A stretch of DNA of 64,000 nt from Planctomycetota bacterium (GCA_031409275.1 JANNXA010000033.1:138704-202703); one strand, 5' to 3'. Numbered from the stretch's first letter, positions 9,074-20,677 are shown. Translations and numbers: made by a program. Notes: a model not told the origin generated them from the sequence alone.

Positions 9074-10315
9074 TCACGATTGCGCGGCGGGCGTCGTCGC
9101 CGGCCGTCGGGTCGATCGGATGAAGCGCTTCAATCGCAGCGAGAAGTGCAGGAGCAGGCCGATGGCGATGACGTAGCACGACCACTTCGGCCACTGGTCG
9201 GAGGGGTTCTCGACCACGGTGAAGACCGAATAGAGCGGCTGGTTCACGTTGCCGTCCTGCGGGCCCCAGCTGGTCTGGAACAGCGTGTAGCCCTTCTCGC
9301 GCAGCGGCTCGTTCATGGTGATCTTGAGCGCCGTCTCCTGGCTGCCGTCGAACTTCGTGACGTTGCTCCAGTAGGTGCGCGCCATGCCCGTGCCCGGATG
9401 GAACTCGACGATGAACTTGTCGAGGCGCACGTCGAACGGCAGCTCGTAGCGCCGCTTGCCCAGATCGATGAGCCAGCGCTTGCCGCCGGCCTCGGCGGTC
9501 AGCGGCTGCCGCTGCGCGCCCCAGAGGATCGCGTCGACGTGCCGTCCCGAGGACTTCTCGACCACGGTGATGTAGGCGCCCGGCTGGTTGAACTCCGCCT
9601 CGACTTGCGGCTCGGCCGCCAGCACGACGTAGCCATCGATCACCGGCCCATCGCCCTTGAACATCGGCCCCTGCGGCACGACGCGGCAGTTGCGGAAGAC
9701 CTTCGTGACCAGGAGGTCGAAAGGCAGATCGTCCGCCGTGAAGCGGTGCGTCGAGCCCGCCTCGAGGTTGCGCCACTCTTCAGCGGCGATCACATGCTCG
9801 CGAACGCGGCCGGATGCACCGGCGTCGCGCAGCGTGATGTCCCAATCGTGGAAGCTGAAGTACTCGCGGCTCTTCTCCTGCGGGAAGACCATCAACGAGC
9901 CTTCGTGCGACCAGCGGAACTTGACGAATCCCGCCGCCAGCATCAGCAGGATGCCGACGTGCGTGATCATGATCCCGGCGCGGGAGCGATCCTTGCGCAG
10001 CCGGATCATCCCGCCGAGCACGAGGTTCACCGTCAGCAGCGCCATCAGCAGATAGACGCCGGGCAACGGCACCGGGATCTCGGGAATCGTCGCCAGCGGT
10101 GCCGAGGTGACTTCCGCCCACGGCAGCCGCAGCACGAACGGCCCGGCATGGTGGATGAGGAACAGCGACTCGAAGTACTTCTTCTGCGTCTCGAAGAGGC
10201 CGAACTCCACCTGCTCCAACGTGCCAAGCCACGTCAGCAGCAGCAGCAAGACCAGCAGCACCGCGGCCAGGCCGAACGAGGAAAACAGCGCGAAGAGCTT
10301 CTTCATCAGTCCCAT
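9074..10315 (-). CDS. resB: ResB/CcsB-like cytochrome c biogenesis protein
   Basis: N-terminal TMs, GIMITHVGIL, LPFDVRLDKF..FHPGT..ARTYWS.V, ITMNEPL..GYTLFQTS; directly upstream of ccsA. Confidence 0.85.
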   Translation of the reverse strand: MGLMKKLFALFSSFGLAAVLLVLLLLLTWLGTLEQVEFGLFETQKKYFESLFLIHHAGPFVLRLPWAEVTSAPLATIPEIPVPLPGVYLLMALLTVNLVLGGMIRLRKDRSRAGIMITHVGILLMLAAGFVKFRWSHEGSLMVFPQEKSREYFSFHDWDITLRDAGASGRVREHVIAAEEWRNLEAGSTHRFTADDLPFDLLVTKVFRNCRVVPQGPMFKGDGPVIDGYVVLAAEPQVEAEFNQPGAYITVVEKSSGRHVDAILWGAQRQPLTAEAGGKRWLIDLGKRRYELPFDVRLDKFIVEFHPGTGMARTYWSNVTKFDGSQETALKITMNEPLREKGYTLFQTSWGPQDGNVNQPLYSVFTVVENPSDQWPKWSCYVIAIGLLLHFSLRLKRFIRSTRRPATTPAAQS

Positions 10316-10325
10316 GCGTGGTCAT

Positions 10326-11531
10326 TCACTCCGACAGCGAAGCGCAGAGTTCGCGGAAGCCGGTCCGAACGCTCTCGTCGACCTCAGCCTCAGGCCCGGT
10401 CAGCTTGACGAAGAGCGCGCGCCCCTCGAGCAGCGCGATCGCGCCGAGCATGCGCGCCTGCGGGATCTTGCGCGCGTTCATCGAATCCTCGAAGGACCCG
10501 ACCACGTCGATCAGCACCGCGTCGCGCCCCGCGAGCGTCGTGTGCGGTAGCGCCGCGAACTCTGCCGCCGTCATCGGCCCAAGCCCGATCTGTCCGCGCC
10601 AGCGATCGGCGTTGCCGCTCAGCCCGCCGCCGTCGCCACCGAGGACCGAGACGGCGCATTCCGTTTCCTTGGTGCCCGCCGGCTTCAGCGTTACGACGCG
10701 CGTGGCGCGTTCGCGATCGGCGGTCCAGCCGATCGGGCCGGTGAAGCGAATGTTCTGATTGGTGCCGCTCACCCGACCATCGGGACCGGCGGCGGGTCCG
10801 GGAGTCGGCGCTGAGTCGCCCGCCGCTGGATCGCCGGTCGCCGCTCCGGCGCCACCGCTTGGCGTCGCGGCACCCGAGTCGCTGCGCGCGGAGGGGGCGC
10901 CCGCGGGCACCAGCTTCAGCGAAGCGACGAAGCGATCGAAGTTGGCCGCTTCGGCGGTGACGACGGCCTCGGGTCCGGTCATCTTCACGAAGATCGACTG
11001 GTCGCCGAACGCCGTCAGCAGGCCGATCAGCCGATAGTCGGGCTTGCCCGGCGCGTCGCCCATCCCTGCGAAGGCGCCGCTCAGGTCGACGCGCACCGCA
11101 TCGAGGCCGAGCAACGCCTGCTTGGGCAACTGCGCAACCGCCGCCGCATCGATCGGTGGCAGCGTCATCTGTTTGCGCCAGCGGTTGACGTTGTCGACCA
11201 TCCCGCCCGCGCCGCCGGGAAGCAGGCTCAGGTAGCACTCCGCGTCGGGGTTCCCGGCCGGCTTCAGGTTCGCCGTGCGCATCGCATTCGGCGGCAACTC
11301 AGTCCAGCCCGGCGGGTTGTCCCACACCAGTTCCGGGGCCGGCGCCTTCTGGCTGCCGGCGCCCGGCGCGCCGCTCATCGTTCCGAACCGTTCCGCACTC
11401 GTCGCCCCGACCCGTTCGCGATTCGGGACGACGTCGACTTCGCGCGTGCCAGTGATCGGTCGCGGGCCGCTCGCGTCGCCGCTGCACGCGGCCAGGAGCA
11501 GGAGGAGCGGGGCTAGCGGGGTAGCTCGCAT
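10326..11531 (-). CDS. Uncharacterised lipoprotein with two homologous N.(N/D)RWR.Q domains, first gene of the ccs operon
   Basis: Lipobox LLAAC; repeats ECYLSLLPGGAGGMVDNVNRWRKQ and ECAVSVLGGDGGGLSGNADRWRGQ, each followed by FVK(M/L)TGPEA; start ATG 11531. Confidence 0.8.
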   Translation of the reverse strand: MRATPLAPLLLLLAACSGDASGPRPITGTREVDVVPNRERVGATSAERFGTMSGAPGAGSQKAPAPELVWDNPPGWTELPPNAMRTANLKPAGNPDAECYLSLLPGGAGGMVDNVNRWRKQMTLPPIDAAAVAQLPKQALLGLDAVRVDLSGAFAGMGDAPGKPDYRLIGLLTAFGDQSIFVKMTGPEAVVTAEAANFDRFVASLKLVPAGAPSARSDSGAATPSGGAGAATGDPAAGDSAPTPGPAAGPDGRVSGTNQNIRFTGPIGWTADRERATRVVTLKPAGTKETECAVSVLGGDGGGLSGNADRWRGQIGLGPMTAAEFAALPHTTLAGRDAVLIDVVGSFEDSMNARKIPQARMLGAIALLEGRALFVKLTGPEAEVDESVRTGFRELCASLSE

Positions 11532-11734
11532 CGCTGCGAAATCTCGCGGAGAGGGGGGGACGAAACGCAGGTCACGAAGCGGCGCCGACGCAACGATTGC
11601 CGGGGTGCCGCCCATGCAACGGTGTCGGCCGCGGAGCGGTCGCAGAGTACGGCCGTTTCCAAGTGAACGCGAAGCGAATGACGGACCGCGCCCCGGGGAA
11701 GGTGCGGGTCGCACCCGCGGCCGGCGGCTCGCCG

Positions 11735-14700
11735 CTACTTGCGCAGCTGCAGCTCGACTTCGCCAAGCCCGATCGCGCTCTTTGCCGCCGGCAGGTCGCT
11801 TACGTCCAGCATCCGCACGTCGAGGCGCCGCACGACCGTCACCCTCGGCAGACGGATCACGCCCTTGCGTCCATCCGCCGGGAGCAGCACCTCGAACGTT
11901 CCGCTCTTGCCGCGATCGAGCGCCACTTCGACCCGCCGAACTCGCCATCCCTGGCGATCGGCCTCGAAGCCGCGCTGCTGGATCGGCGTGATCCAGACGG
12001 TGTCGGCGCGCGTCGGCTTCTTGAGCTCGATGGAGAGCGTCGGGCGGCGATCGCCGTCGGCCGACAACCAGCCGCGCGACGTGAGGTTGTCGACGGCGAA
12101 TGCCGGAGCGAAGTTGCCATCGAACTGGCTGGAGGCCGTCGCGGTGGCGTTGCCCGGGCCGAGCAGGTTGCGCCCCGGGTCGGCGGCGTAGCCGAGCAGT
12201 TCAGGGTCCTTCGCCATGCGAATCGGCACGCTCACCAATGGCGAACTGAACAGCATCTCGGCGGGCGACTGCGTCGGCGCGCCGCGCACCCGCACCAGCG
12301 CGCGGATCGGGTAGGTGCCATTGCGGTCGAAGTTCACTTGCGTGGCGAACCGCTCCGGACCGCTCGGTCGGGCGGGATCGCCAGCGACCGTCGCCAGGAC
12401 GCGTTGATCGAGCAGCGCGAGGTCGACGCCCGCGAAGGTCGCCCCGCGCCGCACGTGGAGCGCCACCACGTTCTTGCCGGGGTGAAGAAGGGTGGCGAGC
12501 GGCGCTTCGGCGGGGACGGGCGAGTAGGGTGCGATCGGCGAGTTCGCCGAGAAGACGCGCGTCCCGTTCAACAGCACTTCGAGCGTCGCCACGGCGTCGG
12601 CGCCCGGCGGGAGCGCGTCGACGAGCGGGCGCACGACATTCGCATGCGCCGCGGTCGAGCGCGGGATCGCGTCGAAATCGGCCGGCGATCGCGCCAGGTA
12701 GATCGCGTCGAAGCCGGCGAGACCGCCGGCCATCGGCACCAGCGCCAATCCGGTCAGCGTCGTTGCGCCGCCGAACGCCGCGACGAGGTCGATCGTTTCG
12801 GCGCGCCACTCGCGCGGCGCGTCGTCATCGAGGGCGGTGCTGGGCCAATCGAGGTCGTTGGTGCCGGCATGACGGCGGACCGTCTGCGCACCCCAGCTGC
12901 CGTTGACGGCGAGCTGGATCATCACCCCGCCACCGCCCTCCTTGCGCCAGCTGAAGCGCAGGTAGCGGAACTCGCCGGGCCGCGGCTCGCTGGCGATTGG
13001 GAAGTTCCAGCCCGGCAGCGCCGGGTGGTGGACCTGCTGCGGCTGCACGGCGAGCCAGAGGCGACCGTTGGCGGCGTTGCCGTCGCGGGTCGCCACGCTG
13101 CCGCCGGCGCTCGCTTCGGTGAGCTTCGCCGCGAAATCGGCCTCCTCGTCGAAGAGGCAGAGGAGCGGCGCCGTCGGCACGGCGGCCGGCAGCGCCGGCG
13201 CCGCAACGAAAAGCTGCGGATCGACGATCGGCGCTTCGTCGAGCGTGAACTCGCGCCGCAACCAGAACTCGGCGGCGGCGCTGCTCGTGCGCACGGCGAT
13301 GCCGGTGGCCTGCGGATCACCGACGGCGCCGGTGACGCTCTTCCATTTGCCGTCGTCGAAGCCCGGCGTCGCCCACGCCCCGGACGGCTCGCTCTCGCTG
13401 AGTCGCCACGGTGTGGGCGCTTCGCGGCTGTCGCCGAAGAGCGCGCGGCCGGGGACGGTGTAGGTGACGTGGTCGACGTGCAGCCCCTGACCCGCTTCGC
13501 CGGGCCACTCGAAGAGCTTCGCCGCGCCGCCAAACGACGACACCCACAGCGTCAGCGGCGCGTCGCCCGATCCCCGCAGGCTGACATCGAACTGCGCATC
13601 GTCACCACCCCACAGGTTCTCGGCGCGCACGGTGACGCCCGAAACCGCGGAGGTCGCGCGCGCAAGGAAGAGGAGCGCGAAGCAGGTCGTCGGTTGCGGA
13701 CCGCCATCGCCGTCCCAGGAGCCCTCGGGCTTCTGCGTCTCGACGCCGATCCGCGCCCCCTCGCGATACCACGACTTGCCGGCCAGCTCCGCCACATCAC
13801 ACAAACCGCCGACTCGCTCGACGCCGTAGAGCCAATACCACAACCAGCTGGCGCCGCTGCGCGGGTTGGAATCGGCCGCGAAGTTGCGATCGAGCCAGCT
13901 GACCCCCTTGCGCCAACCCGTCACGAACGCGGTCTTGCTGGCTCCCGTCTTCGCGAGCTGCTCGTCGACGATCTTGACGATGCAGGTGCCGCCCGCCGTC
14001 ATGGAGCCCGTCGGCGGGCCACCCGGGTAGTAGCCGAAGCCTGCGCCTTCGTAGGCGCCGCTCGCCTTTTCCTGGTGTGTCAGCGTCGCGTCGCCGAGCT
14101 TGATCCACGCCTCGGGCGGGATCTTCACGCCGCGCTTCGCCGCGGCCCGCAGTCCGAGCGCCGCATACTGCCCATTCGACAAGTCGGGCGGCGCCGCCGC
14201 GGGATAGCTGTAGCCGCCGCCGCCCTGCTGCCACGACAGCAGTCGGCGCGCGGTCTCCTCGATGCGACCTTGCAGCGCCTCGTCCTGGAGCTCGGCCAGG
14301 AAGAGCAGCTCGAATCCCGCCGCGTAGACGCTGCTGGCCGGCTCGCACTGGATCCGCGTCGCGGCACGCTGCACGGCCGGGTGGTCGCGCTCGACACCAC
14401 ACTTGAGCAACGTGTAGGCGGCGAGGCTGGTCATGCCGAACTTCACGTCCTCGGCGCGCGCCGCCCACAAACCGTCGAGCTCCTGCTGGTCGAGCAGCCA
14501 GCGCACACCGCGCGCGATTGCGGCCCCGACGCGTCCCTGCGCTTCGTTCACGGCGGTCAGGTCGCGGCGAGCGCGCAGCGGCCGCGGCGCCGTCGTGTAG
14601 GCGAGTCGCAACCGTCCGGGGATGTGCTGGCCACCGAGGTTGAAGTCGAGCCGCAGCTTGAGCTTCACGCCGGCGTCGAAGCCGAGGTCGTGCTGGGTTT

Positions 14701-15196
14701 CGAACACCGCCTCATGCGAAACCCCGGCTTGCGGCAAGATCGCCCAGCCGGTGGTCGGGGCGCCGTCGACGGCGGCGGCCACGTTGAACGCCGCCTGTTC
14801 GAAGTCGGCGCTTGGTCGTTCGAGCAGCACGGTCTTGAAGCCGTCGGAGTTCTTCGGCGCCTGCTCGACGACGAACTCGCTCAACACGAAGTTGCCGTTC
14901 GGCGCGAGCCCGGGTCCGCCGGAAGGGAATCCCGGATCGGCCAACGCCTCGATCCGCAGTCCGGTGATGCCGTTGGCGTCGACGAGGCACTCGAACGTGA
15001 GGCTCTCCGTCGCCGCTACCGCTCCGCCGACGCGGATCGCGCCGTCGCCCTCGAGCGTCAGCGTGGATCCATTCGCCGCGCTCATCCGCGCCGGTGTGAG
15101 GATCTGGAAGCGCGTCGTCTCCTGCGCCGCCGCGTGAGGCGCCAGCGCGATCGCGAGGAGAGCTGGAACGCACCGGACGACGTGGCGCCGACTCAT
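11735..15196 (-). CDS. Large secreted protein: discoidin-like domains + prenyltransferase/squalene-oxidase-repeat alpha-barrel + lectin-like jelly-rolls
   Basis: Signal peptide; GPGLAPNGNFVLSEF planctomycete domain; DLSNGQYAALGL, GSMTAGG, YWLYGVERVG, WYREGA barrel motifs; C-terminal ATASSQ..FAVD F5/8-like domain; ATGA-coupled to DUF1552. Confidence 0.75.
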   Translation of the reverse strand: MSRRHVVRCVPALLAIALAPHAAAQETTRFQILTPARMSAANGSTLTLEGDGAIRVGGAVAATESLTFECLVDANGITGLRIEALADPGFPSGGPGLAPNGNFVLSEFVVEQAPKNSDGFKTVLLERPSADFEQAAFNVAAAVDGAPTTGWAILPQAGVSHEAVFETQHDLGFDAGVKLKLRLDFNLGGQHIPGRLRLAYTTAPRPLRARRDLTAVNEAQGRVGAAIARGVRWLLDQQELDGLWAARAEDVKFGMTSLAAYTLLKCGVERDHPAVQRAATRIQCEPASSVYAAGFELLFLAELQDEALQGRIEETARRLLSWQQGGGGYSYPAAAPPDLSNGQYAALGLRAAAKRGVKIPPEAWIKLGDATLTHQEKASGAYEGAGFGYYPGGPPTGSMTAGGTCIVKIVDEQLAKTGASKTAFVTGWRKGVSWLDRNFAADSNPRSGASWLWYWLYGVERVGGLCDVAELAGKSWYREGARIGVETQKPEGSWDGDGGPQPTTCFALLFLARATSAVSGVTVRAENLWGGDDAQFDVSLRGSGDAPLTLWVSSFGGAAKLFEWPGEAGQGLHVDHVTYTVPGRALFGDSREAPTPWRLSESEPSGAWATPGFDDGKWKSVTGAVGDPQATGIAVRTSSAAAEFWLRREFTLDEAPIVDPQLFVAAPALPAAVPTAPLLCLFDEEADFAAKLTEASAGGSVATRDGNAANGRLWLAVQPQQVHHPALPGWNFPIASEPRPGEFRYLRFSWRKEGGGGVMIQLAVNGSWGAQTVRRHAGTNDLDWPSTALDDDAPREWRAETIDLVAAFGGATTLTGLALVPMAGGLAGFDAIYLARSPADFDAIPRSTAAHANVVRPLVDALPPGADAVATLEVLLNGTRVFSANSPIAPYSPVPAEAPLATLLHPGKNVVALHVRRGATFAGVDLALLDQRVLATVAGDPARPSGPERFATQVNFDRNGTYPIRALVRVRGAPTQSPAEMLFSSPLVSVPIRMAKDPELLGYAADPGRNLLGPGNATATASSQFDGNFAPAFAVDNLTSRGWLSADGDRRPTLSIELKKPTRADTVWITPIQQRGFEADRQGWRVRRVEVALDRGKSGTFEVLLPADGRKGVIRLPRVTVVRRLDVRMLDVSDLPAAKSAIGLGEVELQLRK

Positions 15197-16551
15197 GCGA
15201 GCGCCGAGAGGTGTCCGGTCGAGTCCCCGAAGCTCGACGCGCGTGCCCCGGTGCGATCGTGCAAGGCAAGGAAGAGGTTGCACAGCGGCGTGGCCGGCGC
15301 GACGCGGACGTGGCGACCGCTCTTCACCGTGCCGTTGCCGCCGCCGGCCAGCAGGATCGGCAGCTCATCGTGGTTGTGGGCGTTGCCATCGGAGATGCCC
15401 GCGCCGTAGAGCACGAGCGAGTGGTCGAGCAACGTGCCGTCGCCCTCGTTCATGGTGGCGAGCTTTCCGAGGAAGTAGGCGAGCTGCTCGACGTGGAAGC
15501 GGTCGATCTTCTCGACGCGCTCGATCCGGATCGGGTCGTCGCGGTGGTGCGACGTCTCGTGGTGGCCATCGGGCGCGCCGATCTGCGGATAGCTGCGGTT
15601 GTCGCCGTCGTTGGCGAACATGTGCGTCGCCACCCGGGTGAGGTCGGCCTGGAACGCCAACGCCAGCAGGTCACACAGCAGCCGAGCATGCTCGCCATGG
15701 TCGGCGGGCATTGCGGCGGGCAGGTCGATCACCGGTACCGGCCGGGTCGCCGCGTCGGCCTCCGCCTTGGCGAGGCGCTGCTCGATCTCGCGCACCGCCG
15801 TCAGGTACTCGTCGAGCTTCCGGCGATCGGTCGTGCCGAGCTGCACGGACAGGCGCGTCGCATCGTCGCGGGCGTAGTCGAGCAGGCTCTGCTTGCGGGC
15901 GAGGCGGCGCGCGCGCTGCTGCGGCGTCAGGCCGTCCGTCGCGCCGAAGAGGCGCTCGAAGAGGGCGCGCGGGTCGGTCTCCTTCAATTGCGGGGTCGTC
16001 GGCGAGCGCCACGAGATGTTGCACGAGTAGGCGCACGAATAGCCCGAGTCGCAATTGCCCGACGTCAGCGGCGGCGTGCAACCGACCTCGAGCGAGCGAA
16101 AGCGCGTCTCGTGGCCGATCCGTTCGGCCAGCACCTGGTCGATCGAGATGCCGTTGTGGATCTCGGCCCCCTCGGTCTTCTTCGGGTGGGCCCCCGTGAG
16201 GAAGCAGGCGGCGGAACGGGCATGGTCGCCTGGCCCGTCGCCGAGCGCCTCGGCGTTCTTCTGCGCCAGTCCGCTCAGCACCAGTAGCCGGTCGCGCACA
16301 CCCGCCAGTGGCTGGAGCGTCGGCGACAGCTCGAAGCTCGCCCCCTCGGTGGTGGGCGTCCACGAGTTCATCCACTTGCCGTTGGGCGCGAAGAGGAAGG
16401 CGAATCGCAGCGGTGCCGCGGAGGCGGCGACTCCGCGCGCCAAAGCGGCGCGAGGCAGCATCGCTTCGAGCCACGGCAGCGCCAACGCGACGCCGGCGCC
16501 GCGCAGGAAGGTCCGGCGGGAGAGCGGCGTTCGAGTCAGGAAGTGGGCCAT
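15193..16551 (-). CDS. DUF1552 domain protein (Tat-exported)
   Basis: SRRTFLRGAG..LALPWLEAM Tat leader; GDGPGDHARS, CDSGYSCAY, HHETSHH, DGNAHNH, GDSTG. Confidence 0.93.
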   Translation of the reverse strand: MAHFLTRTPLSRRTFLRGAGVALALPWLEAMLPRAALARGVAASAAPLRFAFLFAPNGKWMNSWTPTTEGASFELSPTLQPLAGVRDRLLVLSGLAQKNAEALGDGPGDHARSAACFLTGAHPKKTEGAEIHNGISIDQVLAERIGHETRFRSLEVGCTPPLTSGNCDSGYSCAYSCNISWRSPTTPQLKETDPRALFERLFGATDGLTPQQRARRLARKQSLLDYARDDATRLSVQLGTTDRRKLDEYLTAVREIEQRLAKAEADAATRPVPVIDLPAAMPADHGEHARLLCDLLALAFQADLTRVATHMFANDGDNRSYPQIGAPDGHHETSHHRDDPIRIERVEKIDRFHVEQLAYFLGKLATMNEGDGTLLDHSLVLYGAGISDGNAHNHDELPILLAGGGNGTVKSGRHVRVAPATPLCNLFLALHDRTGARASSFGDSTGHLSALA

Positions 16552-16558
16552 GGCGCGA

Positions 16559-18874
16559 TCATCGTCCTTCCGGCGCTGATGCGCGAGGGGCCTCGCCGCG
16601 CCGGCGCAGGAAGGCGTCGAGCGCGAGGAGGTCGACCACCAGCTTCTCCAGGCTCGGGCTCTTGCCGCGGTATCCGGTCACCAGAGCGTGAACGGCGCGC
16701 CGATCGTCGTCGAGGAGGCCGCGGCCAAGCGCGAAGGTCAGGAGCTGCTCGGCGAAGCAGCGCGTGAAGCTGTCGCCTTCCAACACCACCCGCTTCAGGT
16801 CGGACGCGCCATGCAGCACGGCGCCGTCGGGGAGCGTGCCGCCATCGTCGATGACGTGCGGACCGTCGCGATCGCGCCAGCCGCCCGTCGGACCGAAGTG
16901 CTCGAGCGTGAAGCCCAGCGCGTCCATCTTCACGTGGCAGCCGGCGCAGTCGGCCTTCGAGCGATGCTGCGCCAGCCGCTCGCGCAACGTCGCGGTCGCA
17001 GCGGCTTGCGCGGTGTCATCGAGCGCGCCCACGCCGGGCGGCGGCGGTGGCGGCGGCGTGCCGAGCAGCCGCTCCAGCACGAACTTGCCGCGCTTCACCG
17101 GCGACGTGCGCGTCGGGTTGCTGGTCAGCGTCAACAGGCTCGCGTGGCCCAGCAATCCACCGCGACTGCGATCGGTCACGCGGACGCGCTGCATCGCGCT
17201 GCCGACGATGCCGGCGATGCCGTAGTGCAGGGCGAGCCGTTCATTGACGAAGGTGAAGTCGGCGTCGACCAGTTCGCGCAGCGGGCGCCCCTCGCGGAAG
17301 ACCGCCTCGACGAAGAGTTCCGTCTCGAGGCGCATCGCGTCGCGCAACGCCTCGTCGAAGTCGGGGAACGCCTGCGGGTCGGGCGCGACGGCGGCGAGGC
17401 TTCGCAGCTGCAGCCACTGCGCCGCGAACTGGCTGATCAGGCTGTGGGCGCGCGGGTCGCGCAGCATGCGCCGCGCTTCGTCGGCCAGCACGTCGCGCTC
17501 GCGCAGGAGTCCCTGCTCGGCCAGCGTCGTCAGGCGTTCGTCGGGCAGGCTGCTCCACAGGAAGTAGGAGAGGCGCGAGGCGAGCTCGTGCGCGGAGAGC
17601 GGCCGCTGCGCGCTCGGATCGTCGGGCAGCGCGTCGATCTCGCTGCGGTAGAGGAAGTTCGGCGACACCAGGATCAGCGAGAGGCCGAGGCGCGTCGCCT
17701 CGACCAGCGTGTCGCCCGCCGCCAGCGCGGCGTCGACGGGAGCCAGCAGGCGCGCGAGCTCGAGCTCGCTGACCGGTCGCCGCCATGCGCGCGTCGCGAT
17801 CCGCTTCAGCGTCGCGGGAAGGCAGGCGCGCGTATGGGCGTGGTCGGCTCCACATGCGTAGAAACGCCGTTCCGATGCGGTGGGTGGCATCGGATCGAGC
17901 GGCCCCTCGACCTCGATCCAGTCGACCAGCAGGTTGCGATCGCGTTGGCCAGGGTCCGTCGCGTCGGCCTGGTAGTAGTCGTTCACGAAGGCGAGGTCGA
18001 GGCGTTGGCGACCCGCTTCGATGCGGCCGCGCCACTCGTGCGTTTCCGCCGTCGGCCGCTCGCAAGCCACCTCGCCGCGCAGCAGTTCCGGGGTGCCGCC
18101 ACGCTCGGACGCCACGGCCTTCATGGTGAGCACGAATCGGCACGGGTCGGGCCCCGCCTGGTCGCCAGACATGCGCGCCCGCACGAGGTACTCGCCGGCA
18201 CGGGGCACTTCGAACTCGGCCAGGATGCTGCCTTGCGCGAAGAGGACGCCGAAGTCGTCGCCGTAGTTCTCGTGCAGCGTGGTCGGCAGCGCCTCGCCCT
18301 CGAAGCGGCGCATCGCCGACGCGCGCAGTTCGGCGCCGGGCAGCGCCGCCGCGGCGATCTCCTCGGCCAGCGCGGCGTACTTCTCGAGCAGTAGCGGCGA
18401 CAGCGACAGCACGTCGCCGATGGTGTCGAAGCCGTAGCCGACCTCGTCGGGCGGCAGCTTCTCGGCGAGCGGCAGCGGCAGGTCGAGCAGATCGCGCACG
18501 CTGAAGGCGTATTCGAATCGCGACAGCCGCCGCAACGTCACGCGCCCCGGGTCGAGCGGCCAGCTCCCCGGCCCCGTACCCAGGCGCACCGCGAGCCAGC
18601 GTTGCGCCCTCTCCACCAGCCTGGCGTCGGCCGCCGGGGCGTCGGGCGGCGGCATCTCGCCGCACTCGAGCTTGTCGCGCACGCGCCGCCACGTGCCCGA
18701 CGACGCGCGCGCTTGCGCTTCGTCGGTGATGCCATCGAGCGCGAGCGACGCGGCCGGCTCCGCGCCCGCATGGCAGTCGAGGCAGCTGTCGCGCAGCAAC
18801 GGCAGCACGTCGCGCGCGAAGTCGGGCTCCTGCGCGAGCGCCGTGGCGAGCAGAGAAGGGAGCAACGATCGCAT
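16559..18874 (-). CDS. DUF1592/DUF1588/DUF1587/DUF1595/DUF1585 planctomycete cytochrome c protein
   Basis: CLDCH, EMPP, LRRLSRFEY, GFDTIGD, LASRLSYFLWSSLPD, TSPVKRG, CAGCHVKMD; start taken at ATG 18874. Confidence 0.93.
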   Translation of the reverse strand: MRSLLPSLLATALAQEPDFARDVLPLLRDSCLDCHAGAEPAASLALDGITDEAQARASSGTWRRVRDKLECGEMPPPDAPAADARLVERAQRWLAVRLGTGPGSWPLDPGRVTLRRLSRFEYAFSVRDLLDLPLPLAEKLPPDEVGYGFDTIGDVLSLSPLLLEKYAALAEEIAAAALPGAELRASAMRRFEGEALPTTLHENYGDDFGVLFAQGSILAEFEVPRAGEYLVRARMSGDQAGPDPCRFVLTMKAVASERGGTPELLRGEVACERPTAETHEWRGRIEAGRQRLDLAFVNDYYQADATDPGQRDRNLLVDWIEVEGPLDPMPPTASERRFYACGADHAHTRACLPATLKRIATRAWRRPVSELELARLLAPVDAALAAGDTLVEATRLGLSLILVSPNFLYRSEIDALPDDPSAQRPLSAHELASRLSYFLWSSLPDERLTTLAEQGLLRERDVLADEARRMLRDPRAHSLISQFAAQWLQLRSLAAVAPDPQAFPDFDEALRDAMRLETELFVEAVFREGRPLRELVDADFTFVNERLALHYGIAGIVGSAMQRVRVTDRSRGGLLGHASLLTLTSNPTRTSPVKRGKFVLERLLGTPPPPPPPGVGALDDTAQAAATATLRERLAQHRSKADCAGCHVKMDALGFTLEHFGPTGGWRDRDGPHVIDDGGTLPDGAVLHGASDLKRVVLEGDSFTRCFAEQLLTFALGRGLLDDDRRAVHALVTGYRGKSPSLEKLVVDLLALDAFLRRRGEAPRASAPEGR

Positions 18875-18970
18875 CACGTGCCGTCCTGCGCGCGCCGCCG
18901 CGAGCCCGTTTGATTCATGATCCCCGTCGACGCGCAAGGTTCCGCCGGCGGCGGATCGTAGCCGCCGCTC

Positions 18971-20247
<1,277 letters not shown>

Positions 20248-20251
<4 letters not shown>

Positions 20252-20625
20252 GGCTTCGCGCGGCGCCGCCGACCGCCCATCTCCTCGATCGCGCGCACGT
20301 CGATGCGCTGGCCGTGGGCGAGGTGCGGGTGGCCGGCGAGCAGTTCGAGGCAGTGGTCGTAGCCGTCGGCCTCGACGACGTAGAAGCCGCCGATCACTTC
20401 ATGCGACTCGGCGAACGGCCCGTCGGTGACCTTCACCTTGCCGCGCACCTTCTGCATGCGCTTGCCGCCTTCGTCCACGAGCTTGTGGCCCGCCTTGATG
20501 CGCTTGGTGGCATGCATCTGCATGCTCCACGCGACGTACTGCTTGATCACTTCCTGCATCTGCGCCGGCGTCATCTTCGCCCAGTAGGACGGGTCGTCGG
20601 TCAGCAGCACCATGAACTTTGCCAA
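20248..20625 (-). CDS. YciI/DGPF family protein
   Basis: TDGPFAESHEVIGGF motif; TTG start with GGGAGAG RBS; overlaps the sigma start. Confidence 0.93.
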
Positions 20626-20677
20626 GGTCGCTCTCCCAGGGATGGTGGGGCGCTGCGGTCGCGCCGTTGCCCCTCCT

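Noticed and set aside
13660..14530. Squalene-hopene cyclase call for the alpha-barrel
   Set aside because: No DXDD motif seen, only one barrel, and the protein is secreted with lectin-like domains.
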